Assembly (NCBI RefSeq): GCF_965641715.1
Contig: NZ_OZ282453.1
Length of the DNA stretch: 64,000 bases
Source of the DNA: Escherichia coli
Lineage (GTDB): Bacteria > Pseudomonadota > Gammaproteobacteria > Enterobacterales > Enterobacteriaceae
Strand: one strand, 5' to 3'
Position 1 is the stretch's first letter; each line of letters starts with the position of its first letter. Made by a program: the position numbers and the translations under genes. Below are positions 19,285 to 27,961 of this stretch, piece after piece. The notes below the pieces were generated by a model. That model ran no database searches, had not been told where the DNA came from, and worked only from the letters and a program-made list of their open reading frames with translations.

Positions 19285-19620
19285 ATGCAACGCATTGACA
19301 GAGAAAAAGCGCAGCGACTGATTGAGCGGATGGAAGCGCTGGCGAAAGAAGAAAATGTCAACATCCAAAAAATAGCTGAATGTGGCCAGATAGTTCTTCG
19401 TCGTGAAAAAGACCTCAAACAACTGATGTCTGGCGAAACCAGCAAAACATGGACTTCAGGTGAGGAGACGATTTATTGCAGCTTCTGCAATAAATCCCAG
19501 TACGAAGTCACAAAGGTGATTGCCGGACCGTCTGTTTACATCTGCAATGAGTGCGTTGATTTGTGCAATGAAGTTATCAGGAGAGAAGTGACAGACCATG
19601 AAGAAAAAACGCATGAATGA
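19285..19620 (+). CDS. Orphan ClpX N-terminal zinc-binding-domain (zf-C4_ClpX) protein with no AAA+ module
   Basis: Residues ~60-101, [39 protein letters not shown], versus E. coli Clp[40 protein letters not shown]. Confidence 0.85.
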   Translation: MQRIDREKAQRLIERMEALAKEENVNIQKIAECGQIVLRREKDLKQLMSGETSKTWTSGEETIYCSFCNKSQYEVTKVIAGPSVYICNECVDLCNEVIRREVTDHEEKTHE

Positions 19621-19786
19621 CGAATTTGACGGCTTTTAATTTTATCGGGGCGCACTGTCGCCCTGCATGGAGAAAAACAATAAAAAAGATGAATAACTGC
19701 TCATGTCAGACGCGCTGCGGGCAAGTCTGGCACCCTGCCCTGTCTCCGCAAAGGCTGTTGTCTTAACACGACAGAGTATGCCAGCA

Positions 19787-20194
19787 TTAAATATAATCTT
19801 CTTCGTAGTCGCTGATTAATTCATTGCCATAATCAGACAGCAATTTCAAAGCAAAGGTAACTTCCTCAAGGGTAGCTATCCCCATTGCTGAAAACACCGT
19901 TAATTTAACCAGCAGCAGGGAGTTTGAAAGTTCGGAAGAGTTCATCATTAAAAATATTGATGCAGCCTGAAAAGCTGTGCGTTTATTCCCATCATGAAAG
20001 GCATGAGCCTTGGCTATACCAATCAAATACATAGCAGCCAGAGCATGAATATCATCAACCCCTTCATAGTAGTGTAGTGTCCTGACGCGATTTAAAGCAC
20101 CTTCAAGTAGCCCGTCATTGGCATTTCCGCTCTGGGGTAAAGTTTCAGCATGGATACGTTCTACTTGTTCTTTTGACAAAAACACTATGTCCAT
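19787..20194 (-). CDS. doc: Doc (death-on-curing) Fic-fold toxin
   Basis: Doc signature HAFHDGNKRTAF; 135 aa; start overlaps the antitoxin stop (TGATG). Confidence 0.85.
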   Translation of the reverse strand: MDIVFLSKEQVERIHAETLPQSGNANDGLLEGALNRVRTLHYYEGVDDIHALAAMYLIGIAKAHAFHDGNKRTAFQAASIFLMMNSSELSNSLLLVKLTVFSAMGIATLEEVTFALKLLSDYGNELISDYEEDYI

Positions 20195-20550
20195 CAGTTA
20201 TCCTCAAGCTTTTTAATGATATCCGCATGTTTTTCTCTTGTACGCTTCATTGCATCTTCAAAAGACAATCCTTTTTTTCTCTGTGCGACAAGAGCTGGAT
20301 GACGTTTTTCCAGATCTCTCACTGCATTTATTAAGAGTGGTTGCTTCATTTTGTTTATTTGATCCCGCAGTTTTTTGGTTTTGCCAAGGACAGCCCGTAT
20401 TTCAGGACTAAGATCAGAACCAGCAAGAACAACATCCTTCCCTCCCTGCGCCGTGATAACGACACTGCCACCGGAAGAAAGGTAATCCAGAATTTCACTC
20501 AGGTTCTCACGAAATTCATCATCAGTTACAGTTTTCATATTCATTTCCAT
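20194..20550 (-). CDS. Phd/YefM-type antitoxin (extended C-terminus)
   Basis: Upstream of and coupled to doc; N-terminus MKTVTDDEFRENLSEILDYLSSGGSVVIT is Phd/YefM-like; the true start may be 20538. Confidence 0.7.
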   Translation of the reverse strand: MEMNMKTVTDDEFRENLSEILDYLSSGGSVVITAQGGKDVVLAGSDLSPEIRAVLGKTKKLRDQINKMKQPLLINAVRDLEKRHPALVAQRKKGLSFEDAMKRTREKHADIIKKLEDN

Positions 20551-20624
20551 TATGCACGCCCATAACGTAAGTATAACGGCTTGTTGGGCAGTAATAACAC
20601 CGCCATATTTTCATTTTATACACC

Positions 20625-20650
20625 GCACAATAGTGCACAAATTTGCACAA
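20625..20650 (-). promoter_or_regulatory. 3 x TTGTGC (GCACAA on the plus strand) at exact 10-bp phasing next to TATAAAAT: candidate phd-doc promoter/operator
   Basis: gcacaa at 20625, 20635 and 20645; minus strand reads TTGTGCaaatTTGTGCactaTTGTGCggtgTATAAAAT. Confidence 0.45.
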
Positions 20651-20746
20651 TTTTTTTGAACAACTTTTTACCCTTCCGGCCCGCGTGGCGACTGGATCCG
20701 TCAAGGATCCGTGCGTGCACAAAAAAACGCGTTTTTTCTGCGCGCA

Positions 20747-20765
20747 GGTGACGGGGGAACAGCCC
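20747..20765. other. Candidate cos cohesive-end sequence
   Basis: GGTGACGGGGGAACAGCCC versus remembered P2 cos GGCGAGGCGGGGAAAGCAC (about 12/19), ~310 bp beyond the end of Q as in P2. Confidence 0.3.
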
Positions 20766-21074
20766 GCGTTTCAGGGGGTAAATAGCATTCCCTGAACGAT
20801 GTCGCAGCGACACAACAGAATGGCTGTATTTCTCACACTGAGCGTGAAAAAGGCGTGAGGGCTTTTGATTTGATGGGGTGACAGATAAGGCCGTCAAAAT
20901 CGCACTGAGGCGGCAAGAACATGCAGTCAACGCGGTGGGATTGCGTAAGAGCCTGACCGTCGATGATGGCGATAAGCTGGAAGACGTCGTGAAATTATCT
21001 GATTGATACAGGAGCTGGAGAGTCGGGGCATAAATTTTTTATGCCCCGGCGAAGCAGCAGACAAGCGAAGCGCG

Positions 21075-22121
21075 TCAGGATGTGGGCTGGGTGTCCAGCA
21101 GTGCGTAAGGGTTAAAGCGGATCACCTCTTCGCCAAGCCAGTCATTGATATGCTTCATGGCCTCCATGACGGGCATCAGCTCGTTAATTGCGTAAACCCG
21201 CGCTGCCTTCTCCACATCACCAAACGCACTTTTTTCGCCCGGCATCGCCCCCATCAGTTGCGGCGGAACGCGGTGCGCAGCCAGCACATCATCACGGGAT
21301 GCCGCCTTAACATTCATGAACTCATCCTTTGCGGTGATCTGCTGGAACGGCAAAATTTGCACACCTTCTTTGCCCCCGTTGGGCGCGTGAATGAGCACGT
21401 TTTTAAATGCACCACCACCACGCGCACCCTGTAGCGTTTCCTTCAGGGAGTCCATGCTTTCGCGGTTTACCTGCGCTGCACCGATGTAGATGATGCACCC
21501 GGCGTGGGATCCATTGTCGTAGTACAGTTTTCTGAACATGTCCGCCGAATGAGACAGGCTGGCCGAGAGTAATGCGCCAAGATATTCCGGCATGCCGTAA
21601 ATTTCCTGGTTAATGTCCGGATTCATCAGGTGGCACACTTTGCCAGGGCGAAACTGAAACGCGTCCTTGCCATCCTGCACATACCACCATGATTCAAGAT
21701 CGCTTCCGCGTCGCATGTATTTCGCCAGTGCGTGCCGTAATTTAAGTGGTTCGCCGAGCATATTGCTCCGAAGCTCAAGGAATGCGTTACCGAACACAAA
21801 CCAGTCCAGCGCCAGCGCCGAGAAATCCTGCCGGGAAAGCAGCGGGTGCGGGATGTAGCAACCGAGCAATACATTGCGCTTAAAGTAAAGCGCAGACTGA
21901 TGCCAGGACGTTTGCCGGGCGGCTCTTGCCAGACCGTACCAGTCCACCGGGGTTTCATACCACCGCCCGTTATCAGCACAGTACATATTGTCCAGCAGGT
22001 CATGCCCGGTCAGGCGGTAAGGACCATCAAATGTGAATGCACTGAGCGACGATTCTTTCCTGAGCGCATCAGCGAGATCAATGCGTGAACTCATGCGCAC
22101 TTTTTTATTTTTTCTGCTCAT
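21075..22121 (-). CDS. Q: Portal protein (P2 gpQ-like)
   Basis: 348-aa ORF upstream-coupled to the terminase gene; P2 Q-P orientation. Confidence 0.85.
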   Translation of the reverse strand: MSRKNKKVRMSSRIDLADALRKESSLSAFTFDGPYRLTGHDLLDNMYCADNGRWYETPVDWYGLARAARQTSWHQSALYFKRNVLLGCYIPHPLLSRQDFSALALDWFVFGNAFLELRSNMLGEPLKLRHALAKYMRRGSDLESWWYVQDGKDAFQFRPGKVCHLMNPDINQEIYGMPEYLGALLSASLSHSADMFRKLYYDNGSHAGCIIYIGAAQVNRESMDSLKETLQGARGGGAFKNVLIHAPNGGKEGVQILPFQQITAKDEFMNVKAASRDDVLAAHRVPPQLMGAMPGEKSAFGDVEKAARVYAINELMPVMEAMKHINDWLGEEVIRFNPYALLDTQPTS

Positions 22122-23872
22122 CAGAACTCCATAACCGTGAAACGCTCGTTTTCTCCTTCGCCGCCAATTGGTTCGTTAATGACAGCAAGCATGGTTGCCC
22201 ACGCAAGGTCGCCGTGGCTGATCCCCCTCGCGCGGTCCGTTTCGTAAGTGATAAAGCCGCCCGGTGTTTTCACCTTACGCACGGCGTTAAAGGCCGCGAC
22301 CAGCTCGCGTTCGGCGCGATCGTATTCCCACCGCCCGGCACGCATTATTTGCAGCATTTTCAGTACCAGCGACCGTTTTGATGACAGCGTGAAGGTGTAC
22401 GGAATAGCGGCAGGGAAAAACCGTTTCACTATCTGATAAACAGCCTCCCCGTTCCCGCCCGTCACATCAATGCCGATGTGTTCCACGTTGTAGCGACACG
22501 TGAACTCTTCAATGACTCTGGCCTGTTCTTCAAACTCCAGCCCCTGAACGCGTCGCGTCTCCACCGTTCGAAAACGGCCACCAGGAACAGCCGGAGGAAC
22601 CACCACGGACACCGCGCCACTGTCGCCGTTTCCACTGCTGCCGTTTGCGTCATACCCAATCCATACCGGACGATTCCCCATCGGGCGGGGAGCAAAAGGT
22701 TTCCAGTCTTTCCAGTCGTCGTATCCGTCAACACCGCAGCCAATCAGGATATTCAGGTTAAATGCCGATTCCCCTTCGCGGACAAACTCACACATATAGA
22801 GATTGCGGAACTCGTCTTCGGTGTTTTCATCACGAATTTCATCAATATCGGTGTGTTTCCAGCCGTGATTAACCACATCTTCCAGCGTGACAATTTGCCG
22901 CCACGTCCGGTCGGGGCAGATAAGCCCGTTATGCAGCGTTTTCCAGTCCACAGAAAAACGCTGGCGTTTATGCGCGGCCTTTTTCTCGTTCCAGCGGTCG
23001 CCGTTCCAGTAGACGTATGCCTCGTGCGTTTCGGTTGATGGCGTGGAGAAGTAGGTGCGTCGCAGCCCGCTGAGGGTTGCCATAGCGCCAGCCACCTTGC
23101 GCAGTTCAGCAAAGCGACTGACCCAGAAAAATTCATCAAAATAAAAATTGCCTGTGTAGGACTGTGCCGTCGCAGCAGAAGTGCCGAGAAAATGCAGCTC
23201 TGCGCCGTTGGAGAGGATGATTTTATCGCCCCCTTTCAGCTCCACATCAACTTCAGATGCAGCCTTCTGAATAATGCTTTTAAACTGGAACGCCTGACGA
23301 CGCGACGCAGACAAAAAAATCTGGTTACGCTGGTAAGGTTGCGCCACATCGTCACGCAGCGCCATCAGCAGTGCTTCCTGTGCAAAATACCAGGTCGCCC
23401 CAATCTGTCGGGATTTCAGGATCATCCTGTTACGTATCCCGGCTTCCCTGCAAAGGGTCAGGGAGTCAAACCAGCCCCGCTGATGCCACTCCAGCCTGCT
23501 GATGATTTTTTCCCGCAGTGCGGCAATCTGTTCCGGCGTGAAATGATTTTTAAGCTTTTTCGCCCGGCCTTTCTTTCCTGTGGCCGTCGCATCCGGCTGG
23601 CCATCATGCAGTTTTTTAAGCTGCCGGGTCAGCAGGTCTATTTCCTTAAAGTCACCGCCTGTTTTATTCTGTTTTTCAGTAAGCTGGATGAGGCGCGCAT
23701 CGATGGACTGCGTGACACGCTGCACGGGTGGCGTTTCATCCCACTGGTCGCGTTTTTTCCACGCATAAATCGTGTTCGGGTTTATTCCCATCAGACGTGA
23801 TATTTCAGCGGGCGGATAACCCTGCCAGTAAAGTTGTCGCGCACGCTGGCGCACAAAAGCGTCCTGAATCAT
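22121..23872 (-). CDS. P: Terminase large (ATPase) subunit (P2 gpP-like)
   Basis: 583 aa; N-terminal HTH (YPPAEISRLMGINPNTIYAWKKRDQWDE) and terminase ATPase/nuclease body; gggggag RBS. Confidence 0.88.
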   Translation of the reverse strand: MIQDAFVRQRARQLYWQGYPPAEISRLMGINPNTIYAWKKRDQWDETPPVQRVTQSIDARLIQLTEKQNKTGGDFKEIDLLTRQLKKLHDGQPDATATGKKGRAKKLKNHFTPEQIAALREKIISRLEWHQRGWFDSLTLCREAGIRNRMILKSRQIGATWYFAQEALLMALRDDVAQPYQRNQIFLSASRRQAFQFKSIIQKAASEVDVELKGGDKIILSNGAELHFLGTSAATAQSYTGNFYFDEFFWVSRFAELRKVAGAMATLSGLRRTYFSTPSTETHEAYVYWNGDRWNEKKAAHKRQRFSVDWKTLHNGLICPDRTWRQIVTLEDVVNHGWKHTDIDEIRDENTEDEFRNLYMCEFVREGESAFNLNILIGCGVDGYDDWKDWKPFAPRPMGNRPVWIGYDANGSSGNGDSGAVSVVVPPAVPGGRFRTVETRRVQGLEFEEQARVIEEFTCRYNVEHIGIDVTGGNGEAVYQIVKRFFPAAIPYTFTLSSKRSLVLKMLQIMRAGRWEYDRAERELVAAFNAVRKVKTPGGFITYETDRARGISHGDLAWATMLAVINEPIGGEGENERFTVMEF

Positions 23873-24026
23873 TGCTCCCCCTGAGTAATTACAGGAAGAT
23901 TACCCGCGCGCGAAACCGTTCTCCTTAACCCCCTGTTCTGGCCATTTTCTTACAACAAAAGCCCTTTGTATCAGCCTGTTACGCTTTGCCATCATGACTG
24001 AAGAACCAGTCAGAGGGGCAAAAACT

Positions 24027-24863
24027 ATGGCTAATGAAAAAAAGACATCACGCAAAAAGTTTCGCGTGGCTGTCTCCGGATCAACTGTTGATGGCCGCGA
24101 AATCAGTCCGGTGCATCTGCGTGAAGCTGCTGAGAACTTCGACCCGGATGTTTACGCTGCCCGCGTGAACGTTGAGCACTATCTCTCGCCATGCCCGTCA
24201 AGCGAATTTTCCGCAATGGGCGATGTCACCGCACTGAGTACGGAAGACATTACGGAAGGTCCGCTGGCCGGGCGTACTGCGCTGTATGCAGAAATCGAAC
24301 CGACCGAGCGCATGAAGAAGCTTGTCGCTGACGGCAAGAAAATTTATTCCAGTATCGAACTGCACCCGCAGTTCTCCGTTAACGGGCGCGCCTATCTGGT
24401 CGGGCTGGCGATGACCGACACCCCGGCAAGCCTGGGCACTGAACGTCTGAAATTCACGGCACAGCAACGTCAGGCAGTGATGAAATTCAACAGTGTCCAG
24501 GGTGAGGCTCCGCTTATCTCCGAAGCCATCGAGTCTGAAATCATCGAAATGGCAGAACAACGCCAGGAAGAAGGCACCCAGTGGTTTAACCGCGTAATGG
24601 GAATTATTGGCCGTGGCCGCAAAGCGGATGACGCCAGTTTTTCCCGTATTCAGGAAGCGGTGGAAGGCGTCGCAACGTCACAGGCCGACATTATCGACCG
24701 TTTTAATGCACTGGAAGCCCGCCATAAGCAGGACCGTCAGAAAATCACGTCACTGACCACAGAGCTGACAGCACTGAAGGAAAAACTGCGCACGCAGGAC
24801 GGCGATCCGCAGAACCGGTTCACCGCAACGGGCGCAGCCTCCGACCAACTGGCTGACTTCTGA
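24027..24863 (+). CDS. O: Capsid scaffolding protein (P2 gpO-like)
   Basis: FRVAVSGSTVDGREI..., YLVGLAMTDTPASLGTE matches remembered gpO; ATG 24027 has a gagggg RBS. Confidence 0.85.
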   Translation: MANEKKTSRKKFRVAVSGSTVDGREISPVHLREAAENFDPDVYAARVNVEHYLSPCPSSEFSAMGDVTALSTEDITEGPLAGRTALYAEIEPTERMKKLVADGKKIYSSIELHPQFSVNGRAYLVGLAMTDTPASLGTERLKFTAQQRQAVMKFNSVQGEAPLISEAIESEIIEMAEQRQEEGTQWFNRVMGIIGRGRKADDASFSRIQEAVEGVATSQADIIDRFNALEARHKQDRQKITSLTTELTALKEKLRTQDGDPQNRFTATGAASDQLADF

Positions 24864-24886
24864 TAAGACAAAGGAGCAAAATTTTT

Positions 24887-25939
24887 ATGAATCTGGTGAT
24901 GTCAGATAATGCCCGTAACAAGCTGGGCTGCTACATGACGCAGCAGGCGTCGCTTAACAATATCCCGGTTTCTGCGCTGGTATCGCGATTTACCGTCAAT
25001 CCATCGGTACAACAGCGTTTTGAAAACGCTTCAAAGGAAAGTACCGAATTTACGAAAAGAATTAACGTAATCGGTGTAACTGACCAGAAAGGCGAAAAAG
25101 TTCTCCTGGACACCACCGGGCCGATTGCGCGCACGAATACCAGTTATGACGGCACAGATCGCCGTAATCCGATTAACGCTGTCGATATGAAGGCTCGTCA
25201 GTACCAGTGTGAACAGGTGAACTACGACACCTTTATTTCGTATCCGAAGCTTGATGCCTGGGCGGCTCACAGCGATTTTCAGTCGCGCATCAGCACACAG
25301 ATTGCCCGGCAGGTGGCGCTTGACCGCATCATGATCGGCTTTAACGGCACATCACACGCGGAAAAATCCAATTTCAGCACCAACAAGCTGCTTCAGGACG
25401 TTAACGTGGGCTGGCTGGAGCACATCAGAACCGATGCCAGTGAACGCGTAATGAATGACGTGACGCTGACTTCCCGCAACATGGACAACACCGTGGCGCA
25501 CGCGGGTAAGTATGCGAACGCTGATGCACTCGTACAGGACGCGCGCTCATCCCTGCTGGATGAATGGCACAAGGAAGCAGACGACCTCGTGGTGATTATG
25601 GGGCGCAACCTGTTTAACTCGCTGCGTCTGCCCGTTCTGAACAGCATCAGCGGCCAGAATCCCAATGCGGAATTACTCGCCGGACAGCTCATCCTGTCAT
25701 CGCGCACCATTGGCGGGCTGGATGTATTCCTTGCGCCGTTCTTCCCGGATGCAACGATGCTGATTACCTCATTCAACAACCTGTCAATTTACTGGCAGAG
25801 AGGCTCAATGCGTCGCCTGATGAAAGACGAGCCGGAATACAACCGCATCGCCACTTACCAGTCCATCAATGACGCTTATGTCGTTGAAGACTATGGCAAG
25901 TGCGCGATGGTCACTGGCCTGAAGTTCGCCGACAGCTAA
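24887..25939 (+). CDS. N: Major capsid protein (P2 gpN-like)
   Basis: FTVNPSVQQ..., IMIGFNGT..., VGWLE..., LSIYWQ blocks are colinear with gpN. Confidence 0.88.
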   Translation: MNLVMSDNARNKLGCYMTQQASLNNIPVSALVSRFTVNPSVQQRFENASKESTEFTKRINVIGVTDQKGEKVLLDTTGPIARTNTSYDGTDRRNPINAVDMKARQYQCEQVNYDTFISYPKLDAWAAHSDFQSRISTQIARQVALDRIMIGFNGTSHAEKSNFSTNKLLQDVNVGWLEHIRTDASERVMNDVTLTSRNMDNTVAHAGKYANADALVQDARSSLLDEWHKEADDLVVIMGRNLFNSLRLPVLNSISGQNPNAELLAGQLILSSRTIGGLDVFLAPFFPDATMLITSFNNLSIYWQRGSMRRLMKDEPEYNRIATYQSINDAYVVEDYGKCAMVTGLKFADS

Positions 25940-25984
25940 TCAACTCACGGCGGGCATCATGCCCGCCTGTAACGGAGAGAAAGA

Positions 25985-26785
25985 ATGATTACCCCTGCAC
26001 AGCAACACTGGCAGAACGTGATGGCGCAGCGCGCAGGCCGGGCGAATGAAGGCGTGGATCACGCCGCACGTACCGCGCATGAAGAGGTGCTGTATCGTCT
26101 GCGTCTGGCACAGGCCCGACTTAAGGGCGTACAGGCCAGAAGCGCCAAAGCCGCCATCAAAAAAGAGTTGTTACCGGACTTTTCTGGCTGGATTGAAGGA
26201 ACGCTGGAGGCTGACGGCGGGCAGCAGGATGAGGTGATTGCCACGCTGATGGTGTGGGCGATTGACTGTGGCGATCTTCCGCTGGCATTGCGTATTGGTG
26301 CGTATGTGGTCCGTCACAACCTCATCATGCCGGATAACTTTGGCCGTACTGCTGCCACAGTGCTGACCGAAGAAATCTGCAACCCGGTACTGACGCAGGC
26401 CGGGACGGATGCCGACGCGGATTTGTCCGCCTTTATCGAACCACTGGACACCCTCCGGGAGATTGTCACCGACCAGGATATGCCGGACGAAGTACGCGCC
26501 AAATTATGCAAGGCGTGCGCCTTTGCCCGCCGTGGCCTGAGCGATGCGGACAGCATGGCCCTGTCACTGAAGCTGCTGCGCGAAGCGATGCACCTGAACC
26601 CGAACGCAGGTGTGAAACGCGAGATTGCAACCCTTTCCCGCGCCCTGAAAAAAGCCGATTCCGCAGCCGCCCCAGATGACGCCAGCGCACAGCAGGCGCA
26701 GGACGAAAGCAGCAAAAGTAAAAAGACAACGCGGAAGCCTGCAACACGAAAAACCACCGCGACGCAGAAGGCGAAGCGCGTTTAA
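25985..26785 (+). CDS. M: Terminase small/endonuclease subunit (P2 gpM-like)
   Basis: DMPDEVRAKLCKA and AGVKREI blocks as in gpM; basic C-terminal tail. Confidence 0.85.
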   Translation: MITPAQQHWQNVMAQRAGRANEGVDHAARTAHEEVLYRLRLAQARLKGVQARSAKAAIKKELLPDFSGWIEGTLEADGGQQDEVIATLMVWAIDCGDLPLALRIGAYVVRHNLIMPDNFGRTAATVLTEEICNPVLTQAGTDADADLSAFIEPLDTLREIVTDQDMPDEVRAKLCKACAFARRGLSDADSMALSLKLLREAMHLNPNAGVKREIATLSRALKKADSAAAPDDASAQQAQDESSKSKKTTRKPATRKTTATQKAKRV

Positions 26786-26886
26786 CGACTGACCCCGTCA
26801 GCGGGCGGCGTGCACGGTGTTCCGGTTTGACTCCGTGACCGTTTACACCGCGCACCCACCGCCCGATTTTTTCAGGAGTGAACCCC

Positions 26887-27381
26887 ATGAGTATGGTTGC
26901 CAGAACCAACCCCGGCCCCGCAGAGGACGACATCACCGATACCGATGATGGTGATACCCGTATTTCAGCGGGCGCATTCTGGCCGGATATTGTGCTGCGT
27001 GAGCTGCGTCTGGCGATACGACTGCCGGGCCGTGTGACCACCTCCCGCCTGCTGCATACCGCCACCGGGGCCGTGGCACACGTTACCCGCGAGCTGGAAG
27101 CGTGGCAGCAGGAACAGCAGGCGGCTGGCCACCAGACGCTGGCCGATGTTCCGGCACCCGTAATTAACGGAGAAAGCGTCAATCTCTGGCACTGGCGCAA
27201 TGCCGTTTATACCGCCACACGCGCCCTGATTCTGGAGCGTTACCGCGATGCGGACACAACGGATAAGGGCGACCGCCGGGCGGACGCACTGGATATACAG
27301 ACATCGGATTTGTGGCGCGATGTGAGCTGGGCCATCTCTGACATTCTGGGACGACCGCGAATCTTTGCGGAGTTGTGCTGA
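26887..27381 (+). CDS. L: Head completion/stabilisation protein (P2 gpL-like)
   Basis: LADVPAPVINGESV...ERYRDADTTDKGDRRADALD...LWRDVSWAI resembles gpL; alternative GTG start at 26878. Confidence 0.8.
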   Translation: MSMVARTNPGPAEDDITDTDDGDTRISAGAFWPDIVLRELRLAIRLPGRVTTSRLLHTATGAVAHVTRELEAWQQEQQAAGHQTLADVPAPVINGESVNLWHWRNAVYTATRALILERYRDADTTDKGDRRADALDIQTSDLWRDVSWAISDILGRPRIFAELC

Positions 27382-27581
27382 TGAAAGTGAAGGCACTGGA
27401 AGGCGACACCGTGGATTCGCTCTGTTTCCGGTACTACGGCACGACGCAGGGCGTCACCGAAAAGGTGCTGGATGCCAACCCCGGACTCTGTCAGCAGGTA
27501 TTTCTGGACCCCGGGCAGGACGTGGAGATGCCGGAGCCGGAGAAGAAGAAACGAGAAATGATTCAGTTGTGGGGGGAGTAG
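27381..27581 (+). CDS. X: Tail protein X (LysM-like, P2 gpX-like)
   Basis: MKVKALEGDTVDSLCFRYYGTTQGVTEKVLDANPGL versus gpX; ATG overlaps the L stop (TGATG). Confidence 0.85.
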   Translation: MKVKALEGDTVDSLCFRYYGTTQGVTEKVLDANPGLCQQVFLDPGQDVEMPEPEKKKREMIQLWGE

Positions 27582-27583
27582 TA

Positions 27584-27907
27584 GTGAGCACTATTCAAAC
27601 AGGGATCACAGAGCAGGTTATTGCGTGGCTCTTTGACCACCTGCCAACGGTGTATGCAGCAGGCGCGGCAGTCAGCATTTCCGCGCTGATGAGTCTTTAT
27701 GACGGACGAACGCTGGTTCAGACCGTAACGGGATCGCTGGCGTGCGGCGTTCTTGCCATGGCCGTGGCCGGGTCGTTGCGCTTCTTCGGAGTTCCTGAAG
27801 ATGCCGTGACGTTTTTCGGCGCATCTATCGGTTTTATGGGCGCAGAAAAAGCACGCGACAAGATCATTGCCGCCTTTAACCGCATAACCCAAAAGGGAGA
27901 TGAATAA
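27584..27907 (+). CDS. Class I holin, lambda S-like (not P2 Y-like)
   Basis: GTG 27584 follows ggggggag; ~107 aa, multi-TM; GRTLVQTVTGSLACGVLAMAV...FGASIGFMGAEKARDKI is colinear with lambda S. Confidence 0.7.
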   Translation: MSTIQTGITEQVIAWLFDHLPTVYAAGAAVSISALMSLYDGRTLVQTVTGSLACGVLAMAVAGSLRFFGVPEDAVTFFGASIGFMGAEKARDKIIAAFNRITQKGDE

Positions 27908-27961
27908 GTCGCAGGCTTAAAGCCGGTAATCACCATAAAAATCATTCACAGAGGTGACGAA

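Noticed and set aside
20625-20650. Short regularly spaced repeats considered as a mini-CRISPR
   Set aside because: The units are only 6 bp with 4-bp spacers and there are no cas genes. They fit an operator array instead.
20616-21024. 104-aa minus-strand ORF and a 48-codon GTG ORF (20878..21024) in the cos region
   Set aside because: Neither has a usable RBS. The region is expected to be non-coding in P2-like phages. A faint AbrB-like resemblance of the 48-aa product is too weak to call.
26466-27200. 244-aa minus-strand ORF across the M/L junction
   Set aside because: It is antisense to the terminase small subunit and head completion genes, with an Arg/Ser/Ala-rich shadow translation.
27365-27583. 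N-terminal 73 codons of the 180-aa ORF 27365..27907
   Set aside because: This part overlaps the ends of L and X and is Arg/Gly-rich. The holin-like sequence begins at GTG 27584, which has a strong RBS.
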